Shown piece by piece: positions 46,086 to 57,407 of a DNA stretch of 64,000 bases. The notes beneath the pieces were generated by a model. That model made no database searches, was not told the DNA's origin, and worked only from the letters and a program-made list of their open reading frames with translations. The position numbers were made by a program, and so were the translations under genes. The stretch is from an uncultured archaeon (lineage in GTDB: Archaea; Thermoproteota; Bathyarchaeia; Bathyarchaeales; Bathycorpusculaceae), in contig CAWALK010000014.1 of the NCBI GenBank assembly GCA_963782915.1, positions 1 to 64,000 on the forward strand, read 5' to 3'. The stretch's first letter is position 1. Each line of letters starts with the position of its first letter.

Positions 46086-48986
46086 ATGCGTGATAATATT
46101 TCGATTAAGGGTGCAAGGCAACATAACCTGAAAAATATTGATTTGGAGTTGCCGCGTAACAAGTTGATAGTGATTACTGGGCTCTCTGGCTCAGGAAAAT
46201 CTACTTTAGCGTTTGATACTATCTACGCTGAAGGGCAACGGCGCTATGTGGAGAGTCTTTCTGCGTATGCTCGCCAATTTTTGGGTTTAATGGATAAACC
46301 CGACGTTGACTCCATCGAAGGCTTATCACCCGCCATATCGATTGAGCAGAAGAGCACAAGCAAAAACCCCCGCTCCACCGTCGGCACAGTCACAGAAATC
46401 TACGATTACCTCAGATTACTATTCGCCCGCATCGGCACCCACCACTGCCCAAAATGCGGCAGCAGCATCCACCCCCAAAGCCCCGAAAACATCACCAGCC
46501 TCATCATGTCAGACAAAGGCAAAACGCTGGTCTTCCTCGCCCCAATCATCCGAGGCATGAAAGGCACACACGAACAAATATTTGACGACCTCAAAAAAGA
46601 AGGCTACACCAAAATCCGGGTAGACCAAAAAATCTACGAAACCGACCAAATCAAAGAAGAACTCAAACTCGTCCGTTACGAGAAGCACTGGATTGAAGCA
46701 GTCATAGACACAGTCGCCATCTCAGATGAGGAACGCTCCCGAATCGCCGAAGCAGTCGAAGGCGCACTCAAAACAGGCAAAGGCACCATGATAGTAATCG
46801 ACGCCGCCGACTCAGACGCAGACAAAAAGAAGGAACTCGAACGATTCGAAGGCGAAACAATGTACAGCACCTTTGGCGCATGCCCAAACCACCCCGAAAT
46901 CGTCTTCGAAAGCCTCGAACCCCGCATGTTCAGCTTCAACTCACCATTCGGCGCTTGCCCAACCTGCCACGGCTTAGGCGAAATCACCGAAGTCACCGCA
47001 GACAAAGTCATTCCCAACAGAAACCTATCCATAATGGATGGGGCATTGGCAGTATACAAAGGCACAATGGACCTCAGCTGGAGAGTACAGCAACTTGCCA
47101 CTGTAGGCAAAAAACATGGTTTTGACGTGTTTACTCCAATCAAAGACTTTACTGAAGAGCAAGTTCAGGTGCTTCTTTTCGGCGACCATGAACCCATCAG
47201 CGGCAACTGGTCGAATGGCGCTAACATGTGGATGCGTGACGGCTGGGAAGGCGTCATCCCCCAGACTATGCGTTTGTATCGTCAGACTGAGAGTGAATGG
47301 CGCAAAGAAGACATAGAGAAATTCATGACGGCACGCCCCTGTAACAGTTGCCATGGCAAAAAACTCCAGCCAGTTGTGTTGGCGGTGCAAATTTTGGATA
47401 AAAGTATCATCGACGCAACCGACCTCTCTATCGAGGAAGCAGTGGATTTCTTCAAAGACCTACCACCCAAACTCAACGAGAAGGAGCTCTCGATTGCTAA
47501 GCAGGTGCTAAAAGAAGTTAACGAACGATTGGGTTTCCTTAAAAACGTGGGTTTAGGTTACCTCTCACTTTCACGCGCAGCTAAAACACTCTCTGGCGGA
47601 GAAGCACAACGTATCCGCTTGGCAACGCAGATTGGCAGCAACCTTATGGGCGTCCTCTACATCCTCGACGAACCCAGCATCGGCTTACACCAACGCGACA
47701 ACGCCAAACTCATCGCCACCCTGGCACGCCTCCGCGACTTAGGCAACACCCTAATCGTAGTAGAACACGACGAAGACACAATGCGCCATGCCGACTACAT
47801 CGTTGACATGGGACCCGGCGCAGGAGTCCACGGCGGCCACATCGTCGCAGAAGGCTCACCCCAAGAAGTAATGGCTAACACACGCAGCTTAACCGGCAAA
47901 TACCTCTCGGGCGAACTCAAAATTGAAGTGCCCACGGAACGCCGCAAACCAGTCGGCTACATCACAGTCAAAGGCGCTAAAGAGAACAACCTCAAACAAC
48001 TCAGCTTACAACTGCCACTGGGCGTCCTATGCGGAGTCACAGGCGTTTCAGGTTCAGGCAAAAGCACCCTGATGAACCTAACAGTCATTCCTGCGCTACG
48101 CCAAATGTTCGGCGAACAAGTTGACAAAATCGGCAAACACGACAGCCTCGAAGTACCAGAAGTCGTACGCAACGTAATCGTAATCGACCAAGACCCAATC
48201 GGCAGAACACCCCGAAGCAACCCCGCCACCTACACCAAACTCTTCGACGAAATCCGCAAAATCTTCGCCTCAACCAAAGAAGCCAAAGCACGCGGCTACA
48301 AAGAAGGCCGCTTCAGCTTCAACGTTAAAGGCGGCAGATGCGAAACCTGCCAAGGCGACGGAGTACTGCGTATCGAAATGAACTTCCTGCCAGACGTCTA
48401 TGTGCAATGCAGTGAATGCAAGGGCAAACGCTACAACAAAGAAACCCTCTCAGTGCAGTACAAGGGCAAGAACATCGCTGAAGTCCTCGACATGACCGTT
48501 GAGGAGGCAGCAAAGTTCTTTGAGAATACTCCACGGGTCGCACGCAAACTGGAAACCCTGCTGGATGTCGGTTTAGGTTACATTAAACTGGGACAGAGCT
48601 CCACGCAACTATCAGGCGGAGAAAGCCAACGCATCAAAATCACCCGTGAACTCAGCAAACACAAAACAGGACACGTCGTCTACATGCTCGACGAACCCAC
48701 CACCGGGTTACATTTCGACGACACCAAACGCTTAATCCGAGTCCTAAATCGCCTCGTCGACAACGGCAACACAGTCTACATCATCGAACACAACCTCGAC
48801 GTCATCAAAAGCTGCGATTACCTCGTTGATTTGGGTCCGGAAGGCGGAGCAGCAGGCGGCGAACTCCTCGCACAAGGCACACCAGAAGACGTCTCGAAGG
48901 AACAACGCAGCTACACGGGGCACTTTTTGGAAAAGATACTTAACCACAAACCCCAAGAAGCATTAGCAGTGAAGCAGCCTGCATGA
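46086..48986 (+). CDS. uvrA: Excinuclease ABC subunit A
   Basis: [18 protein letters not shown], two ABC cassettes, Zn fingers. Confidence 0.98.
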   Translation: MRDNISIKGARQHNLKNIDLELPRNKLIVITGLSGSGKSTLAFDTIYAEGQRRYVESLSAYARQFLGLMDKPDVDSIEGLSPAISIEQKSTSKNPRSTVGTVTEIYDYLRLLFARIGTHHCPKCGSSIHPQSPENITSLIMSDKGKTLVFLAPIIRGMKGTHEQIFDDLKKEGYTKIRVDQKIYETDQIKEELKLVRYEKHWIEAVIDTVAISDEERSRIAEAVEGALKTGKGTMIVIDAADSDADKKKELERFEGETMYSTFGACPNHPEIVFESLEPRMFSFNSPFGACPTCHGLGEITEVTADKVIPNRNLSIMDGALAVYKGTMDLSWRVQQLATVGKKHGFDVFTPIKDFTEEQVQVLLFGDHEPISGNWSNGANMWMRDGWEGVIPQTMRLYRQTESEWRKEDIEKFMTARPCNSCHGKKLQPVVLAVQILDKSIIDATDLSIEEAVDFFKDLPPKLNEKELSIAKQVLKEVNERLGFLKNVGLGYLSLSRAAKTLSGGEAQRIRLATQIGSNLMGVLYILDEPSIGLHQRDNAKLIATLARLRDLGNTLIVVEHDEDTMRHADYIVDMGPGAGVHGGHIVAEGSPQEVMANTRSLTGKYLSGELKIEVPTERRKPVGYITVKGAKENNLKQLSLQLPLGVLCGVTGVSGSGKSTLMNLTVIPALRQMFGEQVDKIGKHDSLEVPEVVRNVIVIDQDPIGRTPRSNPATYTKLFDEIRKIFASTKEAKARGYKEGRFSFNVKGGRCETCQGDGVLRIEMNFLPDVYVQCSECKGKRYNKETLSVQYKGKNIAEVLDMTVEEAAKFFENTPRVARKLETLLDVGLGYIKLGQSSTQLSGGESQRIKITRELSKHKTGHVVYMLDEPTTGLHFDDTKRLIRVLNRLVDNGNTVYIIEHNLDVIKSCDYLVDLGPEGGAAGGELLAQGTPEDVSKEQRSYTGHFLEKILNHKPQEALAVKQPA

Positions 48987-50635
48987 TTCAAATAAATGGT
49001 CCCGAAGACTTCAAAACCAGCGATATCCCAACTGACCCCGGCGTCTACCTTTACCGCGACGAAGCAGGTCAAATCATCTATGTGGGCAAAGCTAAAAACC
49101 TGCGCAGCCGCGTTAAAAGCTATTTTTTAACCAATGACCACCCCGCTAAAACTCGGCAGCTTGTCATGCATATTCGAAGCATCGATTGGATAGTTGTTAA
49201 CACCGAAGTCGAAGCCCTCCTGCTAGAGAACAAGCTCATCAAGCAGCATACCCCCAAGTATAATATTGACTTAAAAGACGCCAAAAGCTATGCCTACATT
49301 TCACTCACGAGGGAGCCTTTTCCGAGGGTTCTGACTAGCCGCAAAGTCTCACGAAAACTCGAATCGTTTGGACCCTACACTGAAGGCTTCACACGCCAAG
49401 ACCTCCAACGTGCAGTCGTGCGGATATTCAAGCTGCGGACATGTAAAACCATGCATAAACGCGCCTGCCTAAACTACCACATCCACACATGCACCGCCCC
49501 CTGCGTTGGCAGGGTCACAGCCGAACAATATGAAAACCAAGTCAAACAAGCCCGCTCCTTCCTAAACGGCAACTACGAGGGAACAATCCAGCAACTCAAC
49601 ACTCAAATGCAAGAAGCCTCAGCCAACCAAAAATTCGAAGAAGCCCTTGACCTACGCAACCAAATAGCCTCCATTAGGCTCCTCACTGAACATCAAATAG
49701 TCGATAACGAACGCCGCTTTGACCAAGACGTGATGGTTTTTAGGCGGGTGGGCGAGAAGATGCTGGCTTTGCAGATGGGTGTACGCAAAGGCGTGCTTTT
49801 AGGCAAAAAAGAGTTCAGTGTTGACTTGCAACCCATGATTGAACAGGAATTCCTCAAAGCATTCTACAGCACTAACCAGATTCCCCGAGAAATCCTCCTC
49901 AACCAGCCCTGCTGGGTGGAACCCGAAGAAAAGAAGGCGCTTGAAGAGTTCCTCTCAACAAAGAGGCTTGCGCCAGTATCATTAACTATCCCCAGAAAAG
50001 CGGATAAATTGGCGTTGATTCGCTTAGCAGAGAAGAATCTTGAATCGACTCTGGAATTTGATAGCGCACTCATGGACTTGCAGTTTAACCTCAACCTGCC
50101 AGCGTTGCCCCGTGTAATCGAGTGCTTCGACATATCCAACTTGGGCACAGAGCACGTCGTTTCAGGCATGGTAGCCTTTAAGGATGCGAAGCCCGATAAG
50201 AAGAATTACCGCAAATTCAAAATCAAATCATTCGTGGGTCAAGATGACTTTGCCGCAGTCAACGAAGTAGTAAGTCGCCGCTACAAACGCCAAATAGAAG
50301 AGAAGAACCCGCTGCCAGACCTTGTCGTAATTGACGGCGGACCCGGACAGGTACACGCTGCACAAACGGCATTGCAGTCGCTGGGGCTAAAGTTGCCCCT
50401 GATTGGACTAGCGAAGGAACGCGAAGAAATCTATCTCCCAAACGACCCCGCACCGAAGGTTTTCGAGAAGAACAGCCGCATGATACTTCTTCTCCGAAAA
50501 ATCCGAGATGCCACCCACGAATTCTCATTAGGATACAACCGCAAACGCCGACAAATACAGCTCCGCGAAGAATTCAAACCCGCAAAAAAGGGCTCTAAAC
50601 GAGCAGATGTTCCAGCAGAATCCGCAAGCCAATAA
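48983..50635 (+). CDS. uvrC: Excinuclease ABC subunit C (no C-terminal HhH domain)
   Basis: GIY-YIG (PGVY..YVGKA), CLNYH Cys-rich region, UVR, FDISN, DDFAA, IDGG. Confidence 0.95.
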   Translation: MIQINGPEDFKTSDIPTDPGVYLYRDEAGQIIYVGKAKNLRSRVKSYFLTNDHPAKTRQLVMHIRSIDWIVVNTEVEALLLENKLIKQHTPKYNIDLKDAKSYAYISLTREPFPRVLTSRKVSRKLESFGPYTEGFTRQDLQRAVVRIFKLRTCKTMHKRACLNYHIHTCTAPCVGRVTAEQYENQVKQARSFLNGNYEGTIQQLNTQMQEASANQKFEEALDLRNQIASIRLLTEHQIVDNERRFDQDVMVFRRVGEKMLALQMGVRKGVLLGKKEFSVDLQPMIEQEFLKAFYSTNQIPREILLNQPCWVEPEEKKALEEFLSTKRLAPVSLTIPRKADKLALIRLAEKNLESTLEFDSALMDLQFNLNLPALPRVIECFDISNLGTEHVVSGMVAFKDAKPDKKNYRKFKIKSFVGQDDFAAVNEVVSRRYKRQIEEKNPLPDLVVIDGGPGQVHAAQTALQSLGLKLPLIGLAKEREEIYLPNDPAPKVFEKNSRMILLLRKIRDATHEFSLGYNRKRRQIQLREEFKPAKKGSKRADVPAESASQ

Positions 50636-51155
50636 TAACCAAGACAACGCCGCCGACGATTTCTATTTTATGACCGAAACGCTTGCCCAGTCCGCAGCCG
50701 AAGTAGAAGCCGACAAACGAGAGTACAAACGTAACAGCCCCAATCACGATTAATGGCTCCAGAATTGAAATTTGCAGAAAAGCAAAACTGAACCCCACCA
50801 TTAACGCATCGATGCTTGTAGCTATTGCCAGAATCAGCAGGGTATGCAGCTTAAGGTCGGTAGAGCAATCTTGTTTCTCGTCTTTTTTTGTGCCGTCATA
50901 GATCATTTTGGCGCCGATAAACGCTAACAACGCAAACGCCACCCAGTGGTCTATATCTGCTATGACGCCTTGAAGGGTTAGTCCCGCTGCCCAACCAATC
51001 GCAGGCATCAGCATCTGGAATCCGCCGAAAAACACGGCGGTCAACAAGGCGGACTTGCGCCGATTGCTGTTGATGGTCATGCCGTTTGCTATCGAAACCG
51101 CGAAAGCATCCATAGCTAAACCGACAGCGATCAAGACGATGGTTAGGGCGTCCAC
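50595..51155 (-). CDS. mntP: Manganese efflux pump MntP family
   Basis: LAMDAFAVS, ATSIDAL. Confidence 0.92.
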   Translation of the reverse strand: MDALTIVLIAVGLAMDAFAVSIANGMTINSNRRKSALLTAVFFGGFQMLMPAIGWAAGLTLQGVIADIDHWVAFALLAFIGAKMIYDGTKKDEKQDCSTDLKLHTLLILAIATSIDALMVGFSFAFLQISILEPLIVIGAVTFVLSFVGFYFGCGLGKRFGHKIEIVGGVVLVIIGLRILLEHLLV

Positions 51156-51215
51156 TGTTTCACCGTAAATGCTCTCTTTGCTGTTTCTTCGGTAATATAG
51201 GCTTTTTCAAAGGAA

Positions 51216-51626
51216 CTAGAGGAATTTCCTCAAAGCCTCTTCCAGTTCACTAAAACTTTTAATTATCGTATCTGAATGGAAAACTATCCATGGGCTCAAG
51301 CAGGGCAATGGCGAGACAACAATGACTTTTTTGCCTTTGCGTTTGGCATAGAACATCTCCATACAAGCCCCCGCCGACAAAATAGGCAAATACACTACCA
51401 TGATGTCGCATCGGTCGGCGTCGTCGAGGTCCCGCTGCACAAAATCAAACGTCGGCACCTTATCCCACCAGCACTCTTCTGTGCCATTGAAGATAACACG
51501 TTCCCGTTTCCATGGGTCAATGATGTCGAAGCCCAGTTTTGTGGCGACTCCAGTGATTGTAATGCGGTAGTCCTGCTGTTTTTCCATGCCTATGATGGGG
51601 CCTGAGATGAATACTTGCTTCTTCAT
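51216..51626 (-). CDS. Nucleoside 2-deoxyribosyltransferase-like protein
   Basis: VFISGPI, RDL..ADRCD, SAGACMEMFYA. Confidence 0.75.
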   Translation of the reverse strand: MKKQVFISGPIIGMEKQQDYRITITGVATKLGFDIIDPWKRERVIFNGTEECWWDKVPTFDFVQRDLDDADRCDIMVVYLPILSAGACMEMFYAKRKGKKVIVVSPLPCLSPWIVFHSDTIIKSFSELEEALRKFL

Positions 51627-51825
51627 GCCTTTTACCTTGGAAGCATGAAATCGTTTAAGCCTAATATGCATTGCCAAACCTGAACGGATGCTATGCGCAT
51701 GGTTCAATGCACAAAAATCGCTTTCATGACTGGAGTATTAATCTGATATATATCGATTTTAGAAATGTCCCTTATTAATTGAATCTGCCATCGCAATATA
51801 CAATTAACGATTAATTAAGGGATAT

Positions 51826-53060
51826 TTGATGGCAAACAAAAAAATTGTTATACTAATTGCAGTATCTACCCTACTTTTGAGTATGTTTGCTTCATTCAAC
51901 CAAGCTAACGCAGCAACAGCCATATTCACAATAAGCGCATCCAGCGGCCACGTCGGCGATGTAATAGCTGTTTCAGGAACTGGCTTCTCAAATAATAAAG
52001 TGTTAACGATTGAAACATTCCAGTATCAAACCACAACTAACAACAAAGGTGGATTTAGCGGGGAAGTCACCATACCTGGCGATGGCGTGTTAGCGGCAGG
52101 AACATACGATGTTGTGGCAAAGGATTCAAAAGGCAATGAAGCCCACGCTTCCTTCACGATGCGCCCCTCTCTGACAATCACACCGACCACAGTACCTGCC
52201 GGTACAGTTGCTCATCTACACGGCGATTGTTTAGTTCCCGGCGGAAAACAATACGGCATGGACATAATCATAGATGACAAACTCTTACAGACTACCGACA
52301 AATTTCCAATGGGCGTACTTGACATCGACATAACCATCCCAGCCTCAACACCCATCGGCGAACACACAATAACCGCTGCTCCCTGGGAAGGCGAATCAGC
52401 ATCAGCAACCTTTAGAGTCGACAAAGTGGCACATCCTTCACCATAACAGACGTTTCCAACGAAGACAACCATGTCGAAGGCTATGTCGGGGATAAACTAG
52501 TATTCAGCGGCACCGGATTCCTCCCCGAAAAAGAGGTTCAGGTCCGATATGCAAGTGCCATCTTAGCTACTGCAAAAGTTGACAAGGAGGGCTGCTTTAG
52601 TGTTGAATTCCAGGTTCCACAAATGGCAGGTGGCCGCTACGACTTCTACGCAACCGATGACACCAACACCGTACACACACCATTTACCGTTTTGCCCTCA
52701 ATCGTTTTTTCCCCCACCATGGCGGCTTCAGGAGCAACAGTATGCGTTGAAGGCAACGGTTTCTCACCCTTCCCAGCAGAAGACGGACTCACCGCAACCT
52801 TCGACGGCGAAAAAATAGAAATCAATCACATAAGCAGCAAAACCGAAGGTCACTTTGTGGCATACTTCATGGTTCCTGACGCGTTGCCGGGACCTTACTT
52901 TGTTAGGGTAACCTGCGTTGCCGATCCAACGGTAAGTGCCCAGGGAACATTTAACGTTTCATCTTTGGTTGTGACACCTGAAAACCCGTTTGGAGCCTTA
53001 ATAGCGATTTTTGCCTGCTTAGGCGCCATTATAGTCTATAGAAAACACAAAAAAGCGTAA
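51826..53060 (+). CDS. Secreted multi-Ig (IPT/TIG-like) surface protein with PEF-CTERM-like tail (frameshifted)
   Basis: Signal peptide, repeated GTGF/GNGF beta-sandwich units, VTPENPFG-TM-RKHKK. Confidence 0.75.
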
Positions 53061-53131
53061 TCAATTAGCTACCCAAAAGCTGTGGGTCAATTTTATAAAT
53101 ATCCACCCCTGTCTTGCAAGTAGTGAACTCA

Positions 53132-53962
53132 ATGATAGATATGGTTACGCTGCTCTTAATTTCAATCCTTGTGGGTCTGTTGGGTTCACTCACTGGTTTA
53201 GGCGGCGCATCCATCCTAATCCCCATCATGGTCCTCTTAGGCGTCCCAATCAAAGAAGCAGTCGCATGCGGGATGGTAGCCATAATCGCCACGTCGAGCG
53301 GTTCAGCAGCCTCCTTTGTCAAACAAAAAATAACCAACCTCCGCCTCGCCATGTACCTTGAAATGTTCACAATCATCGGAGCCATCGTAGGCGCCACAAT
53401 CACAGTAATAATCGCTCCAGTGTTTCTCTACTTTTTGTTTGCAGCGTTCCTATTAACCTCGTTTATCAACATCCGAAGCTCCCTAAAAGAAGAGTATACG
53501 CCTTCTGTCACTCAGGATAAACTCTCTAGATGGCTGGGGCTTGAAGGAAGCTACTTTGACAAAGCAAAAAACAAACTAATAACTTACAAGGCAACAAACG
53601 CTTTCCTAGGCGGCTTAGGCATGCTTGTAGCGGGATTAGCTGCGGGAATGCTCGGCATAGGTGCAGGCGCCTTCAAAGTCATAGTGCACGAAAAAGTGTT
53701 GAAGGTTCCCGCTAAAGTTTCCAGCGCCACCAGCAACTTGGTTATTGGTATGACTGCTTTGGCGGGTGTTAGTGTTTATCTTTTTTCGGGTTTGTTGAAT
53801 TTGACTCTGATGGCACCGATGGCTATTGGTGTAACCGTTGGCGCAGTTGTTGGTGGGCGATTGTTGAACAGAATCCATGATAGGCACCTAAAAATCCTCT
53901 TCTTCGCCATAGTAATTTTCCTGATTATCCAGATGCTCTACAAAGGAGTGACCGCACTATGA
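53132..53962 (+). CDS. Sulfite exporter TauE/SafE family
   Basis: GLGGA..P, GMLGIGAG, SATS. Confidence 0.9.
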   Translation: MIDMVTLLLISILVGLLGSLTGLGGASILIPIMVLLGVPIKEAVACGMVAIIATSSGSAASFVKQKITNLRLAMYLEMFTIIGAIVGATITVIIAPVFLYFLFAAFLLTSFINIRSSLKEEYTPSVTQDKLSRWLGLEGSYFDKAKNKLITYKATNAFLGGLGMLVAGLAAGMLGIGAGAFKVIVHEKVLKVPAKVSSATSNLVIGMTALAGVSVYLFSGLLNLTLMAPMAIGVTVGAVVGGRLLNRIHDRHLKILFFAIVIFLIIQMLYKGVTAL

Positions 53963-54351
53963 CCGCAGATGGAATAGATAAGCGCGAACCAAAGCTTGAA
54001 TCCATCATAAGCTATCTGCTGATAATCGGCGTCATAACCAGCGTCATCCTCGAAATCATTGGGTTAATCCTCTACTTTGGAGCTTACGGGAACCTGCAGG
54101 TTTCTCAAGCGCCAAACGTCTACATTAATGGCGAAAACTTTTTCGCATTCATAGTCGAGCGTCTTCAGAATCTCTTTGTATCAGAGAACGCTGTGCTGTT
54201 TCTGACGTTGGGCATAATTATTCTGATTTTAACCCCTTATGCACGAGCGATTGCTTCACTGGTATTCTTTGCTTGGGAAGGAAACCGCAAGTATGTACTC
54301 ATTACATTGTTTGTTCTTGTGGTGTTGACGTTGAGTTTGGCGCTTCATTGA
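53959..54351 (+). CDS. DUF1634 family membrane protein
   Basis: LGIIILILTPYARA. Usual TauE partner, ATGA overlap. Confidence 0.8.
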   Translation: MTADGIDKREPKLESIISYLLIIGVITSVILEIIGLILYFGAYGNLQVSQAPNVYINGENFFAFIVERLQNLFVSENAVLFLTLGIIILILTPYARAIASLVFFAWEGNRKYVLITLFVLVVLTLSLALH

Positions 54352-54509
54352 TCACTCTAATGACTCTGAAATGTGATTATATTCAATTTTAGGCGCTTTT
54401 TTGGTTCGCAATTTTAAAAACGCAGGCTGTTTATGACATAAATTGAAACAAACCTTATAAGTTAGCGGTTGCATACTACGTTTTCCCCTGAAGGCTAAAA
54501 GAGAGAAAG

Positions 54510-55262
54510 GTGTCTAAAATGCACAACAAGAGGATATTAGTTACATTAATTCTCACTAGCGTTATCCTAATTTCAGTTTATACGGCTTCACCAGTAAAAG
54601 CCGCTCCAACTTTTACAATAACTGATGGGGATAACCATGGAAATCATGATTTCGGTTATGTCGGCGATCGGTTAACTTTCAGCGGAAAAGGATTTGAGGG
54701 CAAAGCTGTTTCAATAGTCTATGACGGCATGGAGTGGGTAAATACAAAAATCGACGAATCAGGAAATTTCAAAGTTGATTGGGTGATTATCGAAATGGCA
54801 GGCGGCAAATGTGATCCAATCGTTGTTTTAGTGGATGGCAAAGATGCCGCCAAATCAGTCTTTGCAATATTCCCTTCTATCAGCCTAAATCCGGAAACCG
54901 GTCCAAAAGGCATAGAAGTTACAGTAATAGGCAACGGTTATTCAGCGTTTCCAGTTAAAGACGGTCTTATAGCTACTTTCGAAGGTAAAGAATTAAAGTT
55001 AGATGACCTAGAACAGGGCCATTCAGAAGGAAACTTTAGGGCAAAATTTACTGTTCCTGACCTTAAACCTCAAACATACACCGTTACAATCTACGGAAAG
55101 GCAGACCCAACCATTATTGCATCCGAAGAATTTACAATTACATCGATATCTGTCTTACCTGAATATCCTTTCGGCGGATTAATGGCGCTGTTCACCTGTT
55201 TCGCAATGTTTGTGCTATTCATTAAACGCAAAAATCTACCTAAGATACAACTTCGGTTATGA
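54510..55262 (+). CDS. Secreted Ig-like surface protein with PEF-CTERM-like tail
   Basis: Paralog of the C-terminal half of 51826..53060 (GYVGD, MAGG, FP..DGL.ATF). VLPEYPFGG-TM-KRK. Confidence 0.8.
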   Translation: MSKMHNKRILVTLILTSVILISVYTASPVKAAPTFTITDGDNHGNHDFGYVGDRLTFSGKGFEGKAVSIVYDGMEWVNTKIDESGNFKVDWVIIEMAGGKCDPIVVLVDGKDAAKSVFAIFPSISLNPETGPKGIEVTVIGNGYSAFPVKDGLIATFEGKELKLDDLEQGHSEGNFRAKFTVPDLKPQTYTVTIYGKADPTIIASEEFTITSISVLPEYPFGGLMALFTCFAMFVLFIKRKNLPKIQLRL

Positions 55263-55325
55263 GAGATTCGGCAGGTAACACAGCTAAGAACTCTCTAGCT
55301 TGAAGCAAAAAGATTGCTATGAGCG

Positions 55326-56015
55326 GTGCATAGAATGAATCAATCGGTCAAAAGCTTGGGCTTCTGGTCAGCAGTCATCGCAGCTTTGCTTGTTATTCTC
55401 ATCGACGTGGGTATGATTGCCTCAAATATACTCTACCCCATTACTACAATCACTAACATAGATGCGTATGCAGCCTCCTTTAGCAGCATGCAGATGCTAC
55501 CGTTTGTTCCTTCACTGGTGCTTGCGCCAGTTTTTGTCATATTCATGCTATCAATCTACCACACTGCATCCGAGGACAAGAAAATCTGGGGGCAACTAGG
55601 TCTCGCTTTCGGAGTAGTCTGCTCCGCTATCTTGAGCCTTCATTACTACATTCAACTCACAGTAGTGCAGCAGGGACTTTTAAACAACCAGCTCGTGGGT
55701 CTCTGGCAGTTTGTAACGCCAAACCCGTACTCCTTTTTCTGGACCTTTGCCGCCTTAGGCTATGGCTTCATGGGATTTGCCCTGTTGTGTGTGGCACCCC
55801 TTTTTGCAGAAAAAATAGATCGACCCATAAAATGGCTCTTTATAGCAAACGGAATCATAGGCATCGCCTTCTTGGTTGGCAATGCACTAGGGCTTTTCAT
55901 CGTCAACATCCTTGCCAGTTTTGTTTGGGGTGTTCTGTTTCCAATCGCCGCCCTGTTGTTGGCTAAGAAATTTAGAAGCCAAAAACTTGAAAACAACAAC
56001 CTTCCTCTAAGTTAA
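55326..56015 (+). CDS. Multi-pass membrane protein
   Basis: 229-aa ORF with about six TM helices. Confidence 0.75.
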   Translation: MHRMNQSVKSLGFWSAVIAALLVILIDVGMIASNILYPITTITNIDAYAASFSSMQMLPFVPSLVLAPVFVIFMLSIYHTASEDKKIWGQLGLAFGVVCSAILSLHYYIQLTVVQQGLLNNQLVGLWQFVTPNPYSFFWTFAALGYGFMGFALLCVAPLFAEKIDRPIKWLFIANGIIGIAFLVGNALGLFIVNILASFVWGVLFPIAALLLAKKFRSQKLENNNLPLS

Positions 56016-56030
56016 CACGGAGCATATGGT

Positions 56031-56450
56031 ATGGCGTTGAGTGCTTTTAGTGACAAAACAAAACCGCCACAAGACACCGAATTAGCAGCAACACTCGGAG
56101 GCAGCTTTAATGTCTGGACCCAGCTAATTAACGACTTATCAAACCGTTTTACGCCCCTAACTGTCGAATGGGGGTTTTCTAGCCCCAAAACAGGCTGGGG
56201 ATTGAGGCTAAAGCAGCCAAAACGAACCGTTCTGTATATGACTCCTTGCAAGGGCTACTTTTTGGTTTCGTTTGCTTTAGGCGAGAAGGCAGTTCAAGCA
56301 GCACATGAGTGCGGTTTGCCAGCGCAGGTTTTAGCGGTGATTGATGGTGCAAAGCGGTATGCTGAAGGTAGAGGTGTACGATTGGAAATTAAAAGTGCAG
56401 ACGACTTGGCGTGGGTTCTAAAAATTGCGGATGCCAAGATGAAAAATTAG
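56031..56450 (+). CDS. DUF3788 family protein
   Basis: GWGLRLK..KRTVLY..P, YAEGRGVRL. Confidence 0.8.
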   Translation: MALSAFSDKTKPPQDTELAATLGGSFNVWTQLINDLSNRFTPLTVEWGFSSPKTGWGLRLKQPKRTVLYMTPCKGYFLVSFALGEKAVQAAHECGLPAQVLAVIDGAKRYAEGRGVRLEIKSADDLAWVLKIADAKMKN

Positions 56451-56490
56451 CGGTGGCAAAGTTTAACCGTTATAGTCACCACTTTTATGA

Positions 56491-57384
56491 ATGCTTAAGG
56501 GTTTGATGGAAATGCTTCGAAGTACAGTTATCGAAAAAGTGAATGCTTACGACAAAGTTGGAGTAGCACGAGCAGACGCCAACAAAGCACTTACATACCT
56601 CAAAGAGCTCAGAGCAAAGTATGCATTCACTGAAAACCTCCGAGAAATCGAGTGGCTAGACGCCGATAAACTCTTCAAAGTAAACCCTGATGAAACAGGC
56701 CAATTCTTCCATCTCATAGAAGGCTACCTTAAGCCGCTACGTTACTCAACCCCCAACAGCTCAAACGTTTACCGCAACGCACGGTTGCAACTCAAGGAAT
56801 TCAAAAACATGCTGCGCATCGCAGTCGATGACCGCAAATCCTTGGCAGAAAAAGTTGATGCACCATGGGAAAGAATAGGCGGCATTGCACCAGACAAGCA
56901 ACTCGCAAAAGAAATCATATTCTGCTTCAACTATGAAAACGGAATGGTCCTGCCAATCTTTAGCAACCAACACCTGCGCCACTTCGTTAACCGTGTCGTT
57001 GAAGGGGCAAGTGGACAAACAAAATATTTATCGCTTGGTCAAGAATACGAACACTTTACCACTGAATTGATAAAAGCAAAGAATAGTTTGCCCATAACTA
57101 AAACTTGGGATACAACTTATTTTGCGCTTTTCCTGTACCAAAATTATCCGCCGCCAGACAGTGAACCCATCGGAGTCAACGCGTCACCCAGCAGAACAGT
57201 TGGGCATGAGGTGTCTAATGAGCAGTTGGAGCTTCAGGGCTTTATGAGGTTGCTTGGTGAGTTGCAGAAGCAGGGTAAAATAGATGGGGAACAATTCAGG
57301 GAGAACCGTAGTTTGTGGAATCAGCAACCCAGCGAACGTGAGGGGCTAACTCAACGCCTGAAAAGGCTGCTTAACCCCGAATAA
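56491..57384 (+). CDS. Hypothetical protein, 297 aa
   Basis: Intact ORF containing VLPIFSNQHLRHF and a helical C-terminal domain. Confidence 0.7.
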   Translation: MLKGLMEMLRSTVIEKVNAYDKVGVARADANKALTYLKELRAKYAFTENLREIEWLDADKLFKVNPDETGQFFHLIEGYLKPLRYSTPNSSNVYRNARLQLKEFKNMLRIAVDDRKSLAEKVDAPWERIGGIAPDKQLAKEIIFCFNYENGMVLPIFSNQHLRHFVNRVVEGASGQTKYLSLGQEYEHFTTELIKAKNSLPITKTWDTTYFALFLYQNYPPPDSEPIGVNASPSRTVGHEVSNEQLELQGFMRLLGELQKQGKIDGEQFRENRSLWNQQPSEREGLTQRLKRLLNPE

Positions 57385-57407
57385 GGCTTCCCCCTTTCGC
57401 TATTGCG

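Noticed and set aside
44047-50635. Bacterial uvrABC in an archaeon as a novelty
   Set aside because: Well documented in several mesophilic archaeal lineages. Only the UvrC truncation is reported.
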